From positions 1 through 64,000 of IMG/VR virus record IMGVR_UViG_3300045971_000344: a stretch of 64,000 nt of DNA, one strand, 5' to 3'. Every line of letters starts with the position of its first letter. The stretch's first letter is position 1. Positions 29,444-38,891 of the stretch are shown piece by piece. The position numbers and the translations under genes were made by a program. Below the pieces are notes generated by a model. That model was not told the DNA's origin. It saw only the letters and a list, made by a program, of their open reading frames with translations, and ran no database searches.

Positions 29444-30984
29444 TGAGCAACAATGACCTATCACGAGATTACTTTAAAGAAGGCCGAGAATTAGAACTAG
29501 CGCTTGCTTTAAAGGGTATATTGAATTGGGAAGGACAAACTTTAGTTGAATTGGTAGATTTCTATGCTCAGTCATTTAATACCTATGGATCCTTAATCTC
29601 CACTACAAGTGTTTCTCCTGCAATTGCTAGTGAACCCGCACTAGTTCCTGTAACGGTCACACCTATTGAACTACCTAAGTCTGCAATACCCTTTGAGTTT
29701 GACCTGAAGCCCGCTTCTCTTGTTCCTGCAGAACCTGTTATTACTCTAAGCGATGACCAACAAGACGCCTGGGATAAGCTAATGGTCTGGCTATATAATG
29801 ACGCTCCTTATTTTGTTCTTAGGGGCTACGCGGGTACAGGCAAGTCATTTCTTTTAAAGAAACTTGCTGATATAAAAGGTATGAAGGTCTATTTCAGCGC
29901 ACCTACTAACAAAGCGACCAAAGTACTGGGTTCTTTTGTAGGTGGGGTCCATAAGACCACGTACTCAATTTTGGGTCTCCGGATGGAACAAATAGAGGAT
30001 AAACTAGTTCTGGTTCCTTCTAGAGAGACTCCATACTTTCCAAGAAAGTCTATACTTGTTATAGACGAAGCTTCCATGTGCGGGTCACAACTCTGTGAAG
30101 TGGTTGAGACCGTCCGAAAAAAGTGTGGCATAAAGATACTTTATGTAGGTGACTCTGCACAGCTCAATCCTGTAGGCGAAAAGAGGTCTCAATCTTGGGA
30201 TTCTACAAAGCTAAGATCTTGTAGGTCAATTCTAAGGCAGGTAATGCGTTATGACAATGAGTTATTGGTCTTGGCTACTGAACTAAGGGATTGCATAAAG
30301 ACAAAGACCTGGACGTCCCCTCTAGAGTCGAACCACGGTGAGACGCACGGCGTTTGGAAATATAAAAATCAGGATCAGTTTGAACGAAAGATCTTGATGC
30401 TAATAGACTCTGGGTATAACCTTCAAGACATGAAGATCATAGCCTGGAGAAACCGAACAGTCGATGCCTATAATGCTATGGTTCGGCGTCACTTGGGTTA
30501 TGCAGAGCCTTATTGTGTTGGGGAGTTGATACTTCTTGCAGAGCCCGTAGAAAAAGATGGGGATCTGGTTGCACATACTGATGACGAGTATAAAATAGAA
30601 AATATTGTCCATACAGAAGTGGAAATTGATAAAATAAAGATTAAGGTATGGAGATTAACCTTAAAGGGAGACCGTGATCTAGTTGTAACTGTTCCAAAAG
30701 ATCAATCCATAGTAGACTCAATATTACAACGTAAGGCTGATTTTGCTAAGACTGCCAACAAGCTGTTTAGAGCAGGAGCCTGGCAGGATTTCTGGAAAAC
30801 AAAGGCTCTGTTTACTAAGATTAGGTATGCGTATGCACTTACAGCTCACAGAGCACAAGGTTCCAGTATACCTATTGTGTTTTGTGACCAAATGGATATT
30901 CTTTCCAATCGAAATAGTCTGGAGGCGTTCCGGTGTTTATACGTTGCGTGTACTCGCGCAATGGAGCGTCTGATAAGTTTTTAG
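29443..30984 (+). CDS. Dda/RecD-like SF1B helicase
   Basis: GYAGTGKS, APTNKA, IDEASM, GDSAQLNPV, YALTAHRAQGS, YVACTRA. Confidence 0.92.
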   Translation: MSNNDLSRDYFKEGRELELALALKGILNWEGQTLVELVDFYAQSFNTYGSLISTTSVSPAIASEPALVPVTVTPIELPKSAIPFEFDLKPASLVPAEPVITLSDDQQDAWDKLMVWLYNDAPYFVLRGYAGTGKSFLLKKLADIKGMKVYFSAPTNKATKVLGSFVGGVHKTTYSILGLRMEQIEDKLVLVPSRETPYFPRKSILVIDEASMCGSQLCEVVETVRKKCGIKILYVGDSAQLNPVGEKRSQSWDSTKLRSCRSILRQVMRYDNELLVLATELRDCIKTKTWTSPLESNHGETHGVWKYKNQDQFERKILMLIDSGYNLQDMKIIAWRNRTVDAYNAMVRRHLGYAEPYCVGELILLAEPVEKDGDLVAHTDDEYKIENIVHTEVEIDKIKIKVWRLTLKGDRDLVVTVPKDQSIVDSILQRKADFAKTANKLFRAGAWQDFWKTKALFTKIRYAYALTAHRAQGSSIPIVFCDQMDILSNRNSLEAFRCLYVACTRAMERLISF

Positions 30985-31029
30985 ATAAAATGTAAATACT
31001 AACAATAAATAACGGTGAGGTAAAATACA

Positions 31030-31872
31030 ATGGCAAAGGTTATCGCGGTCTGCAATACAGTTCCGGATACTATCAGTTCAATGCTTAAAAGTTGCACCGA
31101 GGTTGTTCCAACATATCTAGAAGTAGGTACGAGGCTTAGTAAAGTTCCAAAAAAAGAAATTATCTATGTTCTTACTCACAGGGATTTTATTAGTAATCTT
31201 AAAATAATAAATAGTGAAGCCTACGGGGAGACCACTATATTCTTATTCTGCCCGGTGGTTAATGCAAAGACATTGACCCGTATTCTTTTTCTTGATGTTG
31301 CTAAAAATAGTACATCTTCAAATACAATCCGGTCGTTGTATAAAGACCCTTCACCGGATGCCCTTAAAGGGTATCTAGATAAAGAGTTTAAAAGGCAGAC
31401 AATAAAAGAAATAGATAAAGAATATAAATATTGCATAGTGGAAAGTATGGTAAAAGGGTCGCTATTAAATCCCCTCATGACCTTGCTTTATTCGATTAAA
31501 GCCGAAGAGAACTTAAGAATCAAAAATTTAATCTTTGATTATTTTTCCTCAAAGACTAAGTTTTCAAATTTTGAAGAACAGCTCGTTCACTCTTATGAGT
31601 GGAAGACTGTTACAAAACAGATCAGATTAAAGTTATTAACCTTGTTGGATTCTGAAGTGGGTAGAAAGTATGTTTCAACCCTTAGGGATTTTATTGCCTC
31701 AAAGTCCGATAAAGAGCACTCGTTTAATCTTAAGGGCGCCTGTAAAAAGGCAGGTATAGAGGAGTATGAAATAAAGTACATCGCTAATAATATGATGAAA
31801 AAGAGGCAAAAGAATCTTACAGGGGTTTACTTGAAGGATCTGCATAACAAGAGCAAATCAAAACTTAATTAA
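31030..31872 (+). CDS. Hypothetical protein
   Basis: ORF 280 aa; preceded by a TGTAAATA variant (30991). Confidence 0.65.
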   Translation: MAKVIAVCNTVPDTISSMLKSCTEVVPTYLEVGTRLSKVPKKEIIYVLTHRDFISNLKIINSEAYGETTIFLFCPVVNAKTLTRILFLDVAKNSTSSNTIRSLYKDPSPDALKGYLDKEFKRQTIKEIDKEYKYCIVESMVKGSLLNPLMTLLYSIKAEENLRIKNLIFDYFSSKTKFSNFEEQLVHSYEWKTVTKQIRLKLLTLLDSEVGRKYVSTLRDFIASKSDKEHSFNLKGACKKAGIEEYEIKYIANNMMKKRQKNLTGVYLKDLHNKSKSKLN

Positions 31873-31891
31873 AAATACCTTTATTTCTGAT

Positions 31892-31927
31892 AAAAGTGCG
31901 TGGATTTTATTTATCCACGCACTTTTT
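31892..31927. terminator. Bidirectional-type intrinsic terminator ending the replication block
   Basis: AAAAGTGCGTGGAT / ATCCACGCACTTTT 14-bp inverted repeat with A- and T-tracts. Confidence 0.85.
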
Positions 31928-32101
31928 CTACTTTATACCTAAATTTTTACCTGAATTCCATTAAAATTAACCCGAATTCCATGAAAAAACCTCATAAAAT
32001 AACCCATTTCTATGGGTGTTTTATGCGATAAAAACCCCTTAGGGGTCAAAAACCGTAGTATTTTGCATAGGTTACCAAGAAAACGAACCTTTTAGGTAAT
32101 T

Positions 32102-32130
32102 TTGACATTTGGGTAAAAATTTGATAAAAT
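32102..32130 (+). promoter_or_regulatory. sigma70-type promoter
   Basis: TTGACA-17-TAAAAT with TGn extended -10. Confidence 0.8.
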
Positions 32131-32227
32131 AAAATTGAAGGGGAATAGAAAAAGGAATACATCACGAATTTTCGCAGATTTGCGAAATCATTACAAACCC
32201 AAAGAGTTGTACGAAAAGGAGATCATC

Positions 32228-33055
32228 ATGGCACGCACAGCAAAAATTTCGGCAATCGCAGCAGTTGAGACGCTCACATCTAACGCTACATCATCCAAAA
32301 AGGAGAACACCATGAAAACCAACGCTATCGAGATCATCTTCACCCCGGCCAAATCGCTTGTCGCTATCGTAAACCCCGCAACTCCGGCCGTTGTCGTTCC
32401 CGAAGTCGCAGTCGAAGCAGTTGCTCCGAAGCGCACCCGCAAAGCAAGAGTTGTTGCCCCGGTTGTGGTCGCAGTTGTTGAAGAGCCCAAGAAGCGCACT
32501 CGCAAGACAAACAAGATCGCAACTCCGGTTGAGGTCGCTGAAGTCGTGGTAGTCGCTCCGAAGCGTGAGCGCAAAGCAAAAGTCGGCGTTAACTTCGAGA
32601 ACGAACTCGGCATGATCTTCAAACCCGCATCGCAGTTCAAGAAAGCGCTGTCCGCAACTCCGGTAGTCGAGGTCGAGGCAGTTGCTCCGAAACGCACTCG
32701 CAAGTCCTCCAAGATCGCAACTCCGGCAGTCGAGGTTGCAGAAGTGGTTGTTGAAACTCCGAAGCGTGGTCGCAAGGCAAGAGTTGCAGTCGAAGTCGAA
32801 GTCGTAGCAGCTCCGGTATCGGCCAAAGTTATCTCGATGGACGAGCATCGCGCACGCCGCAGCATGAAGGCCCTGGCAGAAGTTTCGGAAAAAATCATCT
32901 CCGCAGATTCCGAAAAGGCAGCAAAAAAGTTCTTCAAGAAGTATGTTGCTGAAGTCGGTATCGAAGATGCAGCACGCAACCTGCGTTACATCCTCCGCAA
33001 GCTGAACTCCGAAAAAGCAACAGAGTTGTTCGCTCAGTACAGCGTTAACCAGTAA
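32228..33055 (+). CDS. Ala/Val/Pro/Lys-rich repeat protein (histone H1-like); second in-frame start at 32312
   Basis: VEAVAPKRTRK-type repeats; AAGGAG before both ATGs. Confidence 0.7.
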   Translation: MARTAKISAIAAVETLTSNATSSKKENTMKTNAIEIIFTPAKSLVAIVNPATPAVVVPEVAVEAVAPKRTRKARVVAPVVVAVVEEPKKRTRKTNKIATPVEVAEVVVVAPKRERKAKVGVNFENELGMIFKPASQFKKALSATPVVEVEAVAPKRTRKSSKIATPAVEVAEVVVETPKRGRKARVAVEVEVVAAPVSAKVISMDEHRARRSMKALAEVSEKIISADSEKAAKKFFKKYVAEVGIEDAARNLRYILRKLNSEKATELFAQYSVNQ

Positions 33056-33166
33056 CAGTTGTTCAACCTCGGCGAGAGGGAATGGTTTTATCTACATTCC
33101 CTCTCGACACTCTTTCATTTTCACTTATCGATCCATGCAGTACAAATTAACTAAAGGAGAATTATC

Positions 33167-34603
33167 ATGGCCAAGGTAAAGAAAATCAAGTGTATGATCT
33201 GTACAGACCCCTTTCAGGCAACAGAGTTGTTGTATAACGAAGCGCAGCACGGCATCAATGTTTGCCCCGAATGCGCCGCTCCGGCTGAGTCACGTGTCCT
33301 CGAAGAAAAGATCGCAGAGTTTATCGCTAAAAAGGGCATGAGCAAAAAGGCCGCCACGCAGAAAGCAAATGAACTGAATCTGGAAAAAGGCGTAGTCGCG
33401 CTCCTCACAGAAATCATCGAGTCGGACGATATGGACGAGAACGAAACTACCCCCGCAACTCTCGATCCTCATGATGACTTCGCCGATGAAGATATCGATC
33501 TGGGCGATGATGATGAAGACGAAACCAAACCCGCAACTCCGGAAGTTAAACCCTCGAAGGTCAATAAAAAAGAAAAGGAGATTTCAACCATGAGTGACAA
33601 CAGCAAACAGGCAATCAAAGATGCACGGACAGAGTTGAACGCAGTTAAGGCCAAGATCGCAGAACTGGAAGCAAAAGCCGCCGCCGGCAAAAAGGTCACC
33701 AAGGCATTGGCGACCGCTCAGGAAGAACTCAGCGCAGCTAAGGCAGCACTGAAAGAGTTGAAGGCCGATTCCAAGACCTCTGCTGCACCCGAAGTTGAAA
33801 CAACAACCCCGAAGGTTCGCAAGCAGAAAGACAGCGCCGCTCCAGCAGTTGAGGCAACCATCCAGGAAACGAATAAAACGACCGCAAAAACTCTTCGCGG
33901 TTACATCAGCGAAGCCAAGAACGACATTGAAACTCTGAAAGCTGAGTTGGAAACCGCCGGTGGTACGGACAAGAAGATCAGCAAGAAGTTGACTCACGAG
34001 CTCCTGCACCTGGAAAACTTGAAGGCGATGCTTAAAGATGTTAAGGGCGCATCTTCAGTAGGCGCACCCGCAACTCCGGCCCCGGTTGTCGACAACAAAG
34101 CGGCCCTGAAAGACGCTCGCGCCAACGTCCGCGAAGCACGCAACGCAGTAAAAGAGTTGAAGGCGCAGGTTGCCGCTGACCCCGACAATAAAAAGCTCAT
34201 CAAGAAACTGGCCGCAGCTATCGAGACCTTCAACGCCTGCAAGAGCACTGCAACAGAGTTGAAACCTCAGAAGGACTCAGCAGCTCCGAAGGCTGAAAAG
34301 GTTCCGCGGGCGCCTAAGGCAGATGCAACCATCGCAGAAACGTTCAGCATCGAACTCGAACTCAGCGGTAAGAAGTTGAACCGCGCAGTTGCCGAAGCGT
34401 TCTTCGCAGTTAAGGAGTCCCTGAAGCACATGAAAATTAAACCGGGTGTATCCGCGGCAGACATTTTCGAGAGCAACGCTACAGAGCAGATCGAAGCATC
34501 AATTTCGGAAATGGTCCTGCGGGCAGTAAAGAAACAACTCTCGGAGCAGGATTTCAATATCGGCCGCATCGTCCGCGCAGAGAAGAAATCCATCGGAGCA
34601 TAA
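33167..34603 (+). CDS. Zinc-finger plus helical-repeat protein; second in-frame start at 33590
   Basis: CMIC...CPEC, acidic linker, three Ala/Lys-rich helical repeats. Confidence 0.7.
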   Translation: MAKVKKIKCMICTDPFQATELLYNEAQHGINVCPECAAPAESRVLEEKIAEFIAKKGMSKKAATQKANELNLEKGVVALLTEIIESDDMDENETTPATLDPHDDFADEDIDLGDDDEDETKPATPEVKPSKVNKKEKEISTMSDNSKQAIKDARTELNAVKAKIAELEAKAAAGKKVTKALATAQEELSAAKAALKELKADSKTSAAPEVETTTPKVRKQKDSAAPAVEATIQETNKTTAKTLRGYISEAKNDIETLKAELETAGGTDKKISKKLTHELLHLENLKAMLKDVKGASSVGAPATPAPVVDNKAALKDARANVREARNAVKELKAQVAADPDNKKLIKKLAAAIETFNACKSTATELKPQKDSAAPKAEKVPRAPKADATIAETFSIELELSGKKLNRAVAEAFFAVKESLKHMKIKPGVSAADIFESNATEQIEASISEMVLRAVKKQLSEQDFNIGRIVRAEKKSIGA

Positions 34604-34732
34604 AATCATTCTGATCTGAATTGTGGGGGAGAGCGTTTTGGTGCTCTCCCCATTCAGAGTTTTTGGCTGTGGTAAGCGCCCTTTACAGGGCCTTTATCAG
34701 ATTCAAAAAACCTGAGAAATGAGGATTACACC

Positions 34733-35974
34733 ATGGGAAGAGGTTCCGTACTTAGAAACAGAACGCATCTGTCTGATGACACTGCAGTAGTCGAGGGATT
34801 TAAAAACTCCGCAGGGAAGGTTGTTATTCGGCTCACAGTAGAAAGCGATAAAGTAAATCCAGTAAAAGGTGAAAAGGACTTGCAGGTCATCGCGCTGTCA
34901 ATTGATGAAATGAAATACCTTTTGGAGTTTTTGGGGGATGCAGTAAAATCCGCAGAAAAACTTTTTGCATAAAAAAGGAGTATCAGATGACTAAAAAAGT
35001 AAATGCACCACCCGTCATTTTGTTAGTCGAAGAAGACCGCAAGAAAAAGATTCAAGATGCCTTTGCGGTTCTCCAGGATGTTGTTAAAAACCTGTCCCCA
35101 ACGCTGTCAACTCTGGTAAACCTTGAAAAGTCTGAATACAAGGAAGACGAGCAGTGTTTGGCGTTTGGGTCCTCTCCAGAGTTTAATTTGTACTACTACG
35201 TTAAGCCCGAGGGCTGTAAAAAACGGGTTTACCCAGAGTTTGAGTACTCTATCACCGTATTTGTGTCCACGTACTCTTATGAAGACGGACCATCTTGCGA
35301 TGAAGTCGATCTTGTAAATGCGGCTAACCCGTATGCACTGGTGAGGAGTTTCCTTATCGCCCTCGCAACAGAAGAAATTAACAATGCAGTTACAGCAAGC
35401 GCAGAATACGCTGAACATCTCGAAAATAAAAGAATGGAGGAACTTACTCATGGCGCCTAAGATTACGGAATTCAACAGACAGAACTGCAGGGAACTGAGT
35501 ACAGAGTTGTTGGGGTTCCTCACAAAGTTCGCTGAACAGCATGGTCTCACCGTTGTGGACGAAGGTGGCAAGTTTAACGCTACTACGTACACGCCCAAGT
35601 TCACCTTTCAGGTCCCAACCGAAAATTTGGGGGCAAAAAAGAACGTTGTGGATAAGACGTTCAACCCCAAAAACCCCGCAAACGGTACGATAACTGAGGC
35701 TCAAGCAAGATCAATAAACCCCGAGTACGTTGACTTCGCAGTGGGTAAAAAGGGCAGCAACAGGTCCTCATTTTATCTGTACGACAAGGCCCTTAAAAAG
35801 GGAATGACCGTTTTGGTGCATGATGGCTACGGTAAAGGAAAAGTGACCTTCAAAGTGGCCCGAATATCCTCAGTCGGGATGGATATGAGCGGTGAGAAAA
35901 ATTCAAAGGTAAGAGTGACCGATGGTGCGTACAGCTGGCGCATAGATTCCTGCTACATTATCCCTATCAAATAG
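34733..35974 (+). other. Three hypothetical CDS (34733..34972, 34987..35460, 35450..35974)
   Basis: ORFs each with GGAG-type RBS. Confidence 0.65.
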
Positions 35975-35986
35975 GGACCGAAAACC

Positions 35987-36048
35987 AACGGTTGTCAAAT
36001 TCCAATAATTTAAATGAATTTGACAACCGTTTCGCTGTATGTTATAAT
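35987..36048 (+). promoter_or_regulatory. sigma70 consensus promoter with a 15-bp inverted repeat over the -35
   Basis: TTGACA 36020-36025, 17 nt, TATAAT 36043-36048; AACGGTTGTCAAATT/AATTTGACAACCGTT. Confidence 0.85.
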
Positions 36049-36107
36049 GAAATTGAAGGGACAATCTGGAGAATAAACGTTCATTAAGAAGATTTAAGAA
36101 AGGAGAA

Positions 36108-36873
36108 ATGATGAAAAAATTGGTTTTTACGTCGGATTTTGTTTTGAACGGAAAGCAGTACTTTATCGGTGAGTGTAAGAGTTTTCACTCCGATGAAGAC
36201 GCGTCTGATTGGATGTCCAAGAGTTTTTTGCCCTCAGATTTCATTACCAATATTGTAGAAACCGCTGGTGCAGTAGTAGTGGATACCTCTGAACAGGATC
36301 TGCAGATTCTCCGGGCGATGGATAACCTTAAGGTTGATGTAGAAGAGTATAACAAAGAGTTTATGCAGGGCTACATTTCCGCCAATCAGTGCTGTCAGAA
36401 AATTATGCTGGCTTCGCTCAATGCAATGAATACTATCGACCATGCAGAAGCAGTTATGCTCTGCAAAGAAGACGATGCTCAGAAGAAGGTCAAAGAAGTC
36501 TTAAATAAAAGGAGGATTACCCCAAATGACCAAGCACAAGCTTAAGTTTGTTCTAAAAGAAATTGTGTATCGTATCCGGCGCAGGGTCCACATGAGTATT
36601 GAGTCCCTTAAACACTGGTTCGGTGTATACAACTCTACGAAGGTTGATGATCCGCATGAACTCAGAATGTGTAAGCATGCAATGGTTAATGACCCGAAGG
36701 CAGATGTAGCATACCGGTACTTCCGAATTGGTCATCGGTTCTTTTACAGAGATGAACTCCAACGCTTTTATGAGTACGATCCAGAGTTTATTGGGCAGAA
36801 AAATCAGAAGCATCAAGAGTGGATGGCAGTCGGTTTGGTTATTGCTTTAGGTTATATATTACTTCTTAGATAA
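36108..36873 (+). other. Two hypothetical CDS (36108..36545, 36526..36873)
   Basis: Strong RBS; the second ends in a hydrophobic segment. Confidence 0.65.
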
Positions 36874-36889
36874 AAGGGGGACCACGATT

Positions 36890-37363
36890 ATGGACGACCG
36901 GTTGTTTGATGCTCAAATGGAGTTTGTGGACAACGCTTTAGAAATCTTGGGGATTTGTGCCAAGAGAGATAAAGAACGCTCTGCGTCTACACTTACTGTA
37001 ACAGTATTTTATTCAAAAGAAATGCCTTGGCCCTTTACACCGGTGTACCCAGAGTTGACGCTGGAGAACTTGGAAGAGACTCATGTGGAGTTGATGGATC
37101 TGGTTATTCCTAATTCCACTGCCCCTGAGGTATCTCTGGAGGAGGTTTTTGTCCGTATGCAGAGCGATGTCTGGAGCCTTAACGGTGAGGCCAAGGAGCT
37201 TATACGGTCAAAAGGATTGGCCCATACCAGCATGTCCGTTGGGGATGTGGTAAAAACAAAGTCAAATATTCTGTATGTCTGTGAAGCGCACAGTTGGAGA
37301 AAAATCAAAAAGGAGAATCACTCAGATGACCAAAAAACTTGTGGAGTTGTTGAAGGCCCTTGA
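36890..37363 (+). CDS. YodL-like domain protein
   Basis: HTSMSVGDVV motif. Confidence 0.5.
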   Translation: MDDRLFDAQMEFVDNALEILGICAKRDKERSASTLTVTVFYSKEMPWPFTPVYPELTLENLEETHVELMDLVIPNSTAPEVSLEEVFVRMQSDVWSLNGEAKELIRSKGLAHTSMSVGDVVKTKSNILYVCEAHSWRKIKKENHSDDQKTCGVVEGP

Positions 37364-38425
37364 GGCAGATGAAACCATTGAACCTTGTCAGCATTTGACC
37401 GATGGTGGTCGAGGCGTAAATAACCTGATTGACGAGATTGAAGATGAGGCTTGTGTTCAGCTCATCCTCAGTACAGGTCAGCCTAACTTCCAGGCACATC
37501 GGCAATTGGAGTTGTCAGGGTACAAAGTATTTGCCGAGGAGAAAGACAGTTTCGGCTGGCTCACGGGTTGTATCCGGACGGCCAAGGGAATCATTGTTTA
37601 CGGGTGATCAAAGGTTGTAAACCCTATAGCGAGCACCAGATATTATGGACGGTATCTGGTGCTCGGTGAAGGGCGTACAACAAACAAAAGTACGTTACTT
37701 TCACGGCCATAATGAGCCACAGAAAAGGAGAAACATCATGAGTGAGATCGACAATGAGATTGAAAAACTAGAGGTTAGAATTAAGCACGGCGCAGAAGGA
37801 CCGGCACACGACCCGTACAGCTTCACCGAGTATTCGGCCACACTTAAAAATGGTCAGATCGTTACTCTTCATCTTGGACTTATGGAGTACATTCGGTTGG
37901 ACGGTACTGAAGTACACACTCAGTCGGAGCCATCTGTAGAGTTGTTCAAGAAACTGGTTGGTGTTGATCCGTTTGAAGCCGAAGAGGCTTACAACAACCC
38001 GCGCTGTAAAGATCACCCTGATGCGGATCTAGAATCAATGTCTGGCTATCCAGGTGAGACCTTTGCAATCTGTTCGGTCTGTAAGTGCGTTCTTGAGTGC
38101 TACTTTTCTGAATCGGCAATTATCTAAGAAAGGAGTATGATCCATGTTACCCAAAATGTTCAAGAATAGCATTTGTGGTGAGGTTGAGATTGATGAAGAA
38201 GATAAATTCAGTATGCCCGTTGTTTTGATTTCTAAGGATATTAAGGTGGGAATGAGATATAATTCCTACGTTATTCGTAAGGATACTATTGCCAGGATAA
38301 TGGAGCAGGACGGTGATGATGCTGTATTGCTCGTAAACTCCAATAAAATGTTTGGCTGGACCTCATTGAAGGAAAACACAAACTATCGCCCTATCGGAAT
38401 TCATAACCAAATAGTGGAGGTATGA
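37326..38425 (+). other. Three hypothetical CDS (37326..37607, 37738..38127, 38144..38425)
   Basis: ORFs with AAGGAG RBS. Confidence 0.65.
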
Positions 38426-38428
38426 TCC

Positions 38429-38872
38429 ATGAAACTCTTTATTCTTACTCTTTTGGTTGTAGTACTCACCAGTGGTTGTGCCGGGTCCAAACAGCAAATT
38501 TTTGTTTTGAAGAAAACAGAAACCGCCATAATGAATTACGTGGCGATTGTACCCATGAAAGAGCCACAAGGAAGATACGTGGCGAACCTTTTCGGTGAGT
38601 ACGAGGAACGCCGGTATCAGGTACCCGTTGAGCAGGAATTTCTAAACGCCTATGTAAAGAAATTTTTATCTGGCAGAGGAAACCAGTTGTATGTCCAGGA
38701 AGGTGTGTTGCTGATTAAAAACTCCGAAGGTGGTAAACTTAGGATAGGCGGGGATTTCACGCGAGATGAAGGGATGGGTGAAGTATCGGTGGACAGTAAC
38801 GGTGGGGTGTTCTTGCCACAATCGGAACGCTCGGGTGGACTTGTTACCTCAATTTTAGGTTGGATATTCTAA
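38429..38872 (+). CDS. Predicted lipoprotein
   Basis: MKLFILTLLVVVLTSGC signal peptide with lipobox-like Cys. Confidence 0.65.
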   Translation: MKLFILTLLVVVLTSGCAGSKQQIFVLKKTETAIMNYVAIVPMKEPQGRYVANLFGEYEERRYQVPVEQEFLNAYVKKFLSGRGNQLYVQEGVLLIKNSEGGKLRIGGDFTRDEGMGEVSVDSNGGVFLPQSERSGGLVTSILGWIF

Positions 38873-38891
38873 CAGAAAAGAGATATAAATT

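Noticed and set aside
32135-32227. TTG-start N-terminal extension of the 32228 gene (similar extensions at 42643, 50550, 37645, 41160)
   Set aside because: These overlap promoter or leader DNA, and downstream ATGs have proper SDs
32360-34090. Recurrent GCAACTCCGG as a CRISPR-like or iteron repeat
   Set aside because: Irregular spacing, always in frame encoding Ala-Thr-Pro; no CRISPR array seen anywhere in the window
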